From a virus (taxonomy: Duplodnaviria; Heunggongvirae; Uroviricota; Caudoviricetes): a stretch of DNA of 5,614 nucleotides. Both the position numbers and the translations under genes were made by a program. The notes under the pieces are model-generated. The model saw nothing but the letters and a program-made list of their open reading frames with translations, had not been told where the DNA came from and made no database searches. The stretch is taken from IMG/VR virus record IMGVR_UViG_2740892214_000002. One strand, written 5' to 3'. Positions 1-5,614 of the stretch are shown here, one piece after another; the stretch's first letter is position 1; the number at the start of each line of letters is the position of its first letter.

Positions 1-601
1 TATGGTGCAGCAGCTCGCCGTCACCACAGTAAATGGCGGCATGATTCGGCACCGATGAACCAAAACAGCACAGCAGCACATCGCCAGGCTGCGCCTCTGT
101 CAGTGCGACACGGTAAAAACCCGTCGCCTCCATATTGTCAAGATAGAGATTCTGACCGTGACGCCACCAGTCATCCTCCCGGTGAAAATCCGGCAGTTCA
201 GTCCCCGCCAGATGATAAGCGTCCCGGAACAGCGCGTAACAGTCCGTCACCCCGTGCTCAAAGCGCCGCCCGGTGAGATGCGGCACACAGCGGAACTTAT
301 GAATCGCCCCCCGGCAGACCAGCCACCACGGCAAATCACTCTGCACCTGCAGCCGCCGGTCAGCCTCACTCAGCCAGGGCAGACCACTGGGGTGGCTGTG
401 GACCAGCGCCACAATCTCACCCTGCATTTCTGCCTGCAGCCAGTCCTCCGGAGCCATCCGGAAATAATCCTCCGGCTCACCGGAAATATTCACGCAGGGA
501 AAATAGCTTTCCCCCTCCGGCGTTCTCACCACGAAGCCGCACGACTCCGCTGGCGCACATCGCCGGGCGTGCGCCAGAATCGCTGATTCTGTCTCTGTCA
601 T
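1..601 (-). CDS. K: Tail tip assembly protein K (MPN/JAMM + NlpC/P60 family), 3'-truncated at window edge
   Basis: Manual minus-strand translation from ATG at 601..599 gives MTETESAILAHARRCAPAESCGFVVRTPEGESYFPCVNISGEPEDYFRMAPEDWLQAEMQGEIVALVHSHPSGLPWLSEADRR..., matching lambda gpK as I recall it. The frame stays open down to position 2 (ending ...GSSVPNHAAIYCGDGELLHH), so the C-terminus lies beyond the window. Start is 4 nt downstream of the L stop. Confidence 0.9.
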   Translation of the reverse strand, partial: MTETESAILAHARRCAPAESCGFVVRTPEGESYFPCVNISGEPEDYFRMAPEDWLQAEMQGEIVALVHSHPSGLPWLSEADRRLQVQSDLPWWLVCRGAIHKFRCVPHLTGRRFEHGVTDCYALFRDAYHLAGTELPDFHREDDWWRHGQNLYLDNMEATGFYRVALTEAQPGDVLLCCFGSSVPNHAAIYCGDGELLHH

Positions 602-605
602 GGGA

Positions 606-1304
606 TTACTGCGAAAGTTTGTTAATGGAAAGGAAACCGCCAAAGTTGCCGACGTTATTGCGGAACTTACAGCCGCTCAGGCATTTGCTGCATTTATCCT
701 TCGTTATATCGGACGTCGGCTGGTCATATTCATCCGCGACAGCCGGACCGTTATAACCGCACTCATCACCGCGATAGGTCCAGGTGCAGGTGTTGGCCAG
801 CATGGTACGTCCCGGAAAAACAGCGCCATCCGTTTCCGTCGGCGTGGCCAGTACAAAAGAGGCACTGACTGCGCTCAGTTCGCTGCACTGCTCGATGCGC
901 CAGCGGCTGATCACCTCCTGCTCCGGATCGGCGTTGCTGTTTCCGCTGACGAAGTTCACCGCATCCAGAAAACGGGCGTAAACCTTACGCCGGACTACCG
1001 TTCCGCCGACCAGACTCTGCATATCTTCCACCATACCGGTGACCATGCCGTACAGGTTAGAGACTGCCAGCGTGGGCCGCGTACTGGTGCCTTTGCCATT
1101 CAGTTCAAAACCGCTCCCCTGAATGGGGTATGCCTGATACTGTCGCCCCTGCCAGGTGACCGGCTCACCTTTTTCGTTCTGCTCATTACAGAAAAAATAA
1201 CGTTCTCCACCAACCTCTGTCAGATCGATTTCCCAGAGCACCACGCTGGCCGACTGCTCCGCACGGGTGCATTCATTCAGTGTTTCCTGCCGGATATCCT
1301 GCAT
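606..1304 (-). CDS. L: Tail tip protein L
   Basis: 232-aa ORF (MQDIRQETLNECTRAEQSASVVLWEIDLTEVGGERYFF...) with the same length and near-identical sequence to lambda gpL as recalled, including the C-terminal Cys-rich motif (CSKCLSGC). Start ATG overlaps the M stop (TGATG on the minus strand). AGGTGG lies 7 nt upstream of the ATG. Confidence 0.93.
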   Translation of the reverse strand: MQDIRQETLNECTRAEQSASVVLWEIDLTEVGGERYFFCNEQNEKGEPVTWQGRQYQAYPIQGSGFELNGKGTSTRPTLAVSNLYGMVTGMVEDMQSLVGGTVVRRKVYARFLDAVNFVSGNSNADPEQEVISRWRIEQCSELSAVSASFVLATPTETDGAVFPGRTMLANTCTWTYRGDECGYNGPAVADEYDQPTSDITKDKCSKCLSGCKFRNNVGNFGGFLSINKLSQ

Positions 1305-1633
1305 CAGTTCACCACCTGTTTAAACTCTGCGCTGAACTCAACACGTAACATACTGACCCGCGATGTCCATTTTGCGCAGGTCACCCTGATCTGCCGCCAG
1401 CCATAAGGCGGCGTCCACAGAAAGGCTTTCCAGCCCCCGTGCTCAGCCAGAAACGACTCCAGCGCCCTGGCCTCCTCGCGGGAGACAGAAAGCGTCACGC
1501 TGTACGTTTTCAGGTCAGCATTCAGCCCGGCAGGCGCACGCTGGGAATAGCCATCACCAAAGCGCACCTCCCTGACGGAAGGAGCCGATGTCACATCCAT
1601 CCCGGGTTTCACTTTCCAGCGGAAGGTTTTCAT
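1304..1633 (-). CDS. M: Tail tip protein M
   Basis: 109-aa ORF (MKTFRWKVKPGMDVTSAPSVREVRFGDGYSQRAPAGLN...) with the same length and high similarity to lambda gpM as recalled. Start ATG overlaps the H stop (ATGA). GGAGG lies 6 nt upstream. Confidence 0.93.
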   Translation of the reverse strand: MKTFRWKVKPGMDVTSAPSVREVRFGDGYSQRAPAGLNADLKTYSVTLSVSREEARALESFLAEHGGWKAFLWTPPYGWRQIRVTCAKWTSRVSMLRVEFSAEFKQVVN

Positions 1634-4209
1634 CGTCCACCTCCGGAGAACAAGCCACCATCACGCATCTGTGCCTGAATTTCATCACGGGCACCCTTGC
1701 GGGCCATGTCATACACAGCCTTCAGCGCCTGTGGTCCAATCTGCCCGTTCGTGCCGTCGTTGTTAATCACCACATGGTTATTCTGCTCAAACTTCCCGGA
1801 CGCCTGCGACCGGCTGTCCGCCAGACTGCCCGGTGTACCGACATAACCGCCGGTGGCATAGCCGCGCATAAGCCGGTAAAGATTCCCCACGCCAATCCGG
1901 CTGGTTGCCTCCTTCGTGAAGACAAACTCACCACGGTGAACAATCCCCGCTGGCTCATATTTGCCGCCGGTTCCCGTAAATCCTCCGGTCGCAAAATGGA
2001 ATTTCGCCGCAGCTGCCTGAATGGCTGTACCGCCTGATGCGGATGCGCCGCCACCAACAGCCCCGCCAATGGCGCTACCGATACTCCCGACAATCCCCAC
2101 CATTGCCTGCTTAAGCAGAATTTCTGTCATCATGGACAGCACGGAACGGGTGAAGCTGCGCCAGTTCTGCTCACTGCCGGTCAGCATCGCTGCCATATTC
2201 TGTGCAATACCGTCAAAGGTCTGCGTGGCCACGCTTTTAACCTGCGAAAAACTGTCCGTCGCACTTTCTGCCCACTCGCCCCAGCCGGACTTCAGACCGG
2301 CCATCCAGCTTCCACGAAGCTGCTCCTCCGCAGACCAGGTGTTCTTCAGTGCAGATGTGGCCTTCGCCAGCGCATCCGGATTATCACCGTACACGTCACG
2401 AAGGCGCTGCTCTTCCGACTCCCGCTGCACCTGACGGTCGGTGAGGCCCCGCGCCTGGGCACTGATTGCCGCCTGCTTCGCGCCCTGCTGCTGCTCAAAC
2501 CGCGCAGCCTGCTGTGCCAGCTCATTCAGCCGTTTCTGGTGTTCAACTTTGTCTCCCAGCTCAGCCAGCTGGCGTTTGTACTCCAGCGTCTCTTTCTCAT
2601 GGGTCAGCAGGGATTTTTCCTGCTCAGATAACTGCCGTTTCGTGGCTGCCTCTTTCAGGACCGCATACTGATTTTCCGCTTTCCATAAATCGCGACGCTG
2701 CTGGCTGATTTTCTCATTCGCACCGCTGTGTTTTTCCAGCGTCCGGAGCTCGGTTTCAAGCGCCAGCAGGGCAGCATGCGCCTGGTCTTCCTGACGCTCA
2801 CCGGCTGACACTTTGACTCCTGACGACTTCGGCTTTTTCAGCGTCGATTCATAATCCTTTTTCGCCGCCGCCATCAGCGTGTTGTAATCCGCCTGCAGGA
2901 TTTTCCCGTCTTTCAGGGCCTTATTCAGTTCTTCCTGACGGGCGGTATATTTCTCCAGCGGCGTCAGCAGACGCTCATACCCCTTCTGCGCCTCTCCGGT
3001 ATACTTCAGCTGTGATGCGTCCCGTTCGGCCCGGTCCCTGGCGGCCAGTTCACCGGCTTTTTCCATATCCGACTGCAGCGTGGCCGCTGCCAGCCCCAGC
3101 CGGGCATTTTCCCGGTCATTCCATGCGCCCTGAAGGTTGGCCCGGAAAGAAGAGGTTTTACCGCGGCGCTGGCTCCGGCTCTGGTACCACTGCCATTTTT
3201 TATCCGCCTCATCAAATGCCTTCTGCGCACTGGCGAGCATATCCGCTGAGGACTCAGGACGACCGATATCCAGAATGGCATCCCACATCGATTTGAATGC
3301 CTTCCCGGTTTTATCCGCCCAGGTCTCCAGTGTCCCCATGTTTTCTTTCAGGCGACGGGTCTGCTCATCAAAGCCTTTCGTGGCGATATCGTTCGCCGCC
3401 TGTAAGGCCCCGGCCTCATCACCGGAACGCTGCAGCTGCGCAACATACGCAATCTGCTCTGCCGTCACGTTACGGAACTGGCGCGCCATCGCAATCAGCC
3501 CCGACGTAGAGTCGGTGGTCAGTTTTCCGAAAGCCTCTGCAACCTTGTCCACCTCCACACCGGATGCAGAAGCAAAACGCGCGACACTCTGGTTGATGGC
3601 ATCAAACTGTTCACCACCACGCACACCGGCATTCACCAGGGCTGCCAGTGACTCACTCGCCTGGTTAAACGTCAGCCCTGCGGCCTGTCCGGCTCTGGAG
3701 AGCGTCAGCATGCGATCGGCAGTCAGTCCGGACTGATTACCGGAAAGAACCAGGGTTTTATTAAACGCTGAAAGCGTGGAATCCCCCTGGTACCAGGCGT
3801 ACGCCAGCGCACCTGTCGCCACCGCCAGCGAGGTGACCCCGACCATCGGCAGGGTGATCGCACCGGCAAGCCCCCTGAACATGGGGATCATCCCGCCGAA
3901 GGAGTCCTTCACCTGACCGCCCTGTTGCAGCAGGATCAGCCAGGGATTCTGACCACCGGCAAGCTGCGTGGCGATATCCGTAAACTGTGCGGGCAGGGTT
4001 CGCATGGCCGCTTTATACTGCCCGACGGAAATCCCGGCTTTTTGTGCAGCCAGCGCCTGGCGGCTCAGGCCCTGTTCAACAGCACTGGCGGTTTTTCTGG
4101 CGTCGGTATCCAGACCTGAAAAATGACGCCTTACCCGGCTCATCTGCTCATCGAAACGGACCGCATCCAGACTAAGGTCAATAACAAGATCACCAACCGG
4201 CTGGGACAT
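1630..4209 (-). CDS. H: Tail tape measure protein H
   Basis: 859-aa ORF. N-terminus (MSQPVGDLVIDLSLDAVRFDEQMSRVRRHFSG...) and the C-terminal ~250 aa (including the Gly-rich hydrophobic segment and the end ...QAQMRDGGLFSGGGR) closely match lambda gpH (853 aa) as recalled. GGAGG lies 8 nt upstream of the ATG at 4209. Confidence 0.95.
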   Translation of the reverse strand: MSQPVGDLVIDLSLDAVRFDEQMSRVRRHFSGLDTDARKTASAVEQGLSRQALAAQKAGISVGQYKAAMRTLPAQFTDIATQLAGGQNPWLILLQQGGQVKDSFGGMIPMFRGLAGAITLPMVGVTSLAVATGALAYAWYQGDSTLSAFNKTLVLSGNQSGLTADRMLTLSRAGQAAGLTFNQASESLAALVNAGVRGGEQFDAINQSVARFASASGVEVDKVAEAFGKLTTDSTSGLIAMARQFRNVTAEQIAYVAQLQRSGDEAGALQAANDIATKGFDEQTRRLKENMGTLETWADKTGKAFKSMWDAILDIGRPESSADMLASAQKAFDEADKKWQWYQSRSQRRGKTSSFRANLQGAWNDRENARLGLAAATLQSDMEKAGELAARDRAERDASQLKYTGEAQKGYERLLTPLEKYTARQEELNKALKDGKILQADYNTLMAAAKKDYESTLKKPKSSGVKVSAGERQEDQAHAALLALETELRTLEKHSGANEKISQQRRDLWKAENQYAVLKEAATKRQLSEQEKSLLTHEKETLEYKRQLAELGDKVEHQKRLNELAQQAARFEQQQGAKQAAISAQARGLTDRQVQRESEEQRLRDVYGDNPDALAKATSALKNTWSAEEQLRGSWMAGLKSGWGEWAESATDSFSQVKSVATQTFDGIAQNMAAMLTGSEQNWRSFTRSVLSMMTEILLKQAMVGIVGSIGSAIGGAVGGGASASGGTAIQAAAAKFHFATGGFTGTGGKYEPAGIVHRGEFVFTKEATSRIGVGNLYRLMRGYATGGYVGTPGSLADSRSQASGKFEQNNHVVINNDGTNGQIGPQALKAVYDMARKGARDEIQAQMRDGGLFSGGGR
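1640..1644 (-). promoter_or_regulatory. Shine-Dalgarno (GGAGG) for M, inside the 3' end of H
   Basis: Plus-strand 'cctcc' at 1640..1644 is GGAGG on the minus strand, 6 nt upstream of the M ATG (1633..1631). Confidence 0.55.
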
Positions 4210-4587
4210 ATCTCACACCTCCGGAAATCCCCGCTGAAGCCATCATTAATGCGGCATCATCCACCATGACATCCGCCACATCCGCAGACGATAAAATATC
4301 GCGCCCTCCGTCCCCACCGAACCGGACGCCTCCGGCAAGTCCTGCCGCTTTCTGCATCAGCATTTTGTCCTCATCCGGCCTCTCCACCTNNNNNNNNNNN
4401 NNNNNNNNNNNNNNNNNNNNNNNNNNNNNNNNNNNNNNNNNNNNNNNNNNNNNNNNNNNNNNNNNNNNNNNNNNNNNNNNNNNNNNNNNNNNNNNNNNNN
4501 NNNNNNNNNNNNNNNNNNNNNNNNNNNNNNNNNNNNNNNNNNNNNNAGTCTGAGGGCAAAATTCAGCTCGCCGTCGAAGACTTTCCC
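4190..4587 (-). CDS. T: T segment of the tail assembly chaperone G-T fusion (reached by -1 frameshift from G), interrupted by an N run
   Basis: The -1 frame relative to G is open from the slippery heptamer (4587..4581) into the N run, reading G-K-V-F-D-G-E-L-N-F-A-L-R. Downstream of the N run an open frame runs to a stop at 4192..4190 (...VERPDEDKMLMQKAAGLAGGVRFGGDGG...YVPAGW), overlapping the H start by about 20 nt. Position and size match lambda gene T; the middle is unresolved (N). Confidence 0.7.
4218..4222 (-). promoter_or_regulatory. Shine-Dalgarno (GGAGG) for H, embedded in the 3' end of the T coding segment
   Basis: Plus-strand 'cctcc' at 4218..4222 is GGAGG on the minus strand, 8 nt upstream of the H ATG (4209..4207). 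Confidence 0.6.
4390..4546. other. Run of 157 ambiguous bases (N): assembly gap or masked sequence inside gene T
   Basis: Directly visible run of 'n' from 4390 to 4546. Confidence 0.97.
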
Positions 4588-4994
4588 GCAGAAAAATCAT
4601 CATCAGTCAGCGCGTTATTTTTCGCCACTTCGGTAATATCCGTATCCACATGAACAGGCCCGCTCATCCCGGACAGACGCAACACCACATCTTCCGCCCG
4701 GGCAATGGCATCAGCAGGCCAGGTGGTCAGGACTTCCTGCTCAATCTGCATCACAGCCTCATTCATTGACGGTGACCCCGTTTTCTGCGGATGGTTATGC
4801 CACAGGGACATCGCCACCAGAAACGCGCCGGTTCTGACGAGATCTTCCACGCTTACCTGCAGGTTGCCGCTGGATTCTGCCTGTTCTGCACGCCGTTTCA
4901 GGAGGGCAAGATGCTCAATACGCTGCAGCGCAGACAATTCGGAAAGCGTGACAGACACACCGTTATATTCAAATTGTTCTGTTTTCAGAAACAT
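4563..4994 (-). CDS. G: Tail assembly chaperone G
   Basis: 143-aa ORF (MFLKTEQFEYNGVSVTLSELSALQRIEHLALLKRRAEQAESSGN...AMSLWHNHPQKT...) highly similar to lambda gpG (~140 aa) as recalled. The slippery site sits near its 3' end. GGAGG lies 6 nt upstream of the ATG. Confidence 0.93.
   Translation of the reverse strand: MFLKTEQFEYNGVSVTLSELSALQRIEHLALLKRRAEQAESSGNLQVSVEDLVRTGAFLVAMSLWHNHPQKTGSPSMNEAVMQIEQEVLTTWPADAIARAEDVVLRLSGMSGPVHVDTDITEVAKNNALTDDDFSAGKSSTAS
4581..4587 (-). promoter_or_regulatory. -1 programmed ribosomal frameshift slippery heptamer GGGAAAG (G to GT)
   Basis: Plus-strand 'ctttccc' at 4581..4587 is GGGAAAG on the minus strand. In the G frame it reads G GGA AAG (…A-G-K-S-S-T-A-S-stop), 6 codons before the G stop, the same arrangement as the lambda G/T frameshift site. 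Confidence 0.8.
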
Positions 4995-5000
4995 GTATGA

Positions 5001-5005
5001 CCTCC
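5001..5005 (-). promoter_or_regulatory. Shine-Dalgarno (GGAGG) for G in the 13-nt V-G intergenic spacer
   Basis: Plus-strand 'cctcc' at 5001..5005 is GGAGG on the minus strand, 6 nt upstream of the G ATG (4994..4992). The V stop TAA is at 5010..5008. Confidence 0.6.
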
Positions 5006-5007
5006 GT

Positions 5008-5614
5008 TTACCCTGCAGCGCCTGCTTCAGTAACGGTGACTTCAGCTACCGTGGCAAACTGACCATTACCGGAAATCACGGGGATACTCACTTTTCCAGC
5101 CTTAACCCCCGTCACAGTGATCACCATATCTTTCACAGCAATGGTTCCCGTTGACGGATCGGCGGAAACCGCTCTGAACGTCTTGTCGGTTGCACTTTCC
5201 GGCTCAAAAGAAACAGTCAGGGTGGTTGTTTTTCCTTTTTCCACGGTACCGGATGTCGGTGTCACCTTAATTGCAGTGGCCGGCGTAATTTCGCTGCGTT
5301 CTTCCGCCACGGAAGGTTTACCCACGTTGGTCACTTTCACCGTACGGGTGATCACTTCCTTCGCCGTTACGGCCTTACCGATACTGCTGACCCAGCCACG
5401 GAACACATCCACCGTGCCGTTCGGGAAACGGATTTTATAGGCCCGCACATCCCCGCTTTCAAACCAGCCTATAAGCCCTTTCTGACCTTCTTCTCCCGGT
5501 TTCCAGGCCAGCGTAAAACTGGTATCTCCTGCAGACTTCTGCCCCTGCCCGGTCGCGCTCCAGTCCGCGTCTTCATCATCCAGGTAGTTATCATCGTAGG
5601 ATTCTGCCGTCATC
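5008..5614 (-). CDS. V: Major tail tube protein V, 5'-truncated at window edge (C-terminal ~200 aa present, including the Ig-like domain)
   Basis: The open frame runs to the window edge. The translation (..[36 protein letters not shown]...[40 protein letters not shown]...) matches lambda gpV from about residue 45 onward as recalled. The Met at 5613 is internal (lambda has Leu at the equivalent position). Confidence 0.93.
   Translation of the reverse strand, partial: MTAESYDDNYLDDEDADWSATGQGQKSAGDTSFTLAWKPGEEGQKGLIGWFESGDVRAYKIRFPNGTVDVFRGWVSSIGKAVTAKEVITRTVKVTNVGKPSVAEERSEITPATAIKVTPTSGTVEKGKTTTLTVSFEPESATDKTFRAVSADPSTGTIAVKDMVITVTGVKAGKVSIPVISGNGQFATVAEVTVTEAGAAG

Noticed and set aside
158-586. 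142-aa plus-strand ORF (GTG start) antisense to K
   Set aside because: Antisense to the well-supported K coding sequence. It has a non-ATG start and a Pro/Arg-rich translation typical of spurious reverse-frame ORFs.
600-1406. 268-aa plus-strand ORF antisense to L and the 3' end of M
   Set aside because: It lies entirely within, and opposite to, strongly supported minus-strand genes in a GC-rich region where long antisense ORFs arise by chance. The translation is low-complexity and Arg/Ala/Gly-rich, and there is no convincing RBS.
1975-2110. Gly/Ala-rich repetitive stretch considered as a possible low-complexity or tandem DNA repeat
   Set aside because: It is explained by the coding requirement for the conserved Gly-rich hydrophobic segment of tape measure protein H. 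There is no regular repeat-spacer periodicity and no sign of a CRISPR array or other non-coding repeat.
1588-3736. Several plus-strand ORFs (1588..2037, 2021..2434, 2441..2708, 3012..3296, 3137..3736) and minus-strand out-of-frame ORFs (1767..2093, 3006..3281) inside H
   Set aside because: All are embedded in the H coding region in alternative frames or antisense. None resembles a known protein on inspection; they are consistent with chance ORFs in GC-rich sequence.
4190-4603. Track ORF presented as a single 137-aa protein starting MMIFLRESL... and running through the N run
   Set aside because: The part upstream of the gap (4547..4603) is in the +1 frame relative to G, not the -1 frame used by the frameshift, and is joined to the true T frame only through the arbitrary-length N run. 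The real T product is the -1 frameshift extension of G, so this ORF is an artefact.
4705-5440. Plus-strand ORFs 4705..5154, 4791..5000 and 5117..5440 antisense to G and V
   Set aside because: Antisense to strongly supported G and V coding sequences, with no independent support.
5611-5613. ATG at 5613 as the start codon of V
   Set aside because: The frame continues open to the window edge and the recalled lambda gpV alignment begins about 45 residues upstream of this position, so this Met is internal and the true start lies outside the window.
1-5614. Searched for tRNA/attachment site, integrase, transposase, toxin-antitoxin, or other cargo inserted between tail genes
   Set aside because: All gene junctions are tight (overlaps or spacers of 13 nt or less), leaving no room for inserted elements. 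The only uncharacterised stretch is the N run, which is too short for a typical gene.

Overview
This window is the central part of a lambda-like (lambdoid siphovirus) tail morphogenesis module, encoded entirely on the minus strand with tightly packed or overlapping genes. In transcription order (high to low coordinates) it reads: major tail tube protein V (5' end outside the window), tail assembly chaperone G, the T extension reached by a -1 programmed frameshift at a GGGAAAG heptamer, tape measure protein H (859 aa), tail tip proteins M and L, and K (3' end outside the window). I recognise these from my recollection of phage lambda gpV/G/T/H/M/L/K; no alignment or database search could be run. 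A 157-nt run of N (4390..4546) interrupts the T segment. I found no tRNA, rRNA, CRISPR array, transposase/integrase or inserted cargo gene, and no evidence of a novel system: this looks like an ordinary, conserved structural region of a lambdoid phage or prophage, probably from an enterobacterial host. The plus-strand ORFs in the track are antisense to these genes and are treated as spurious.
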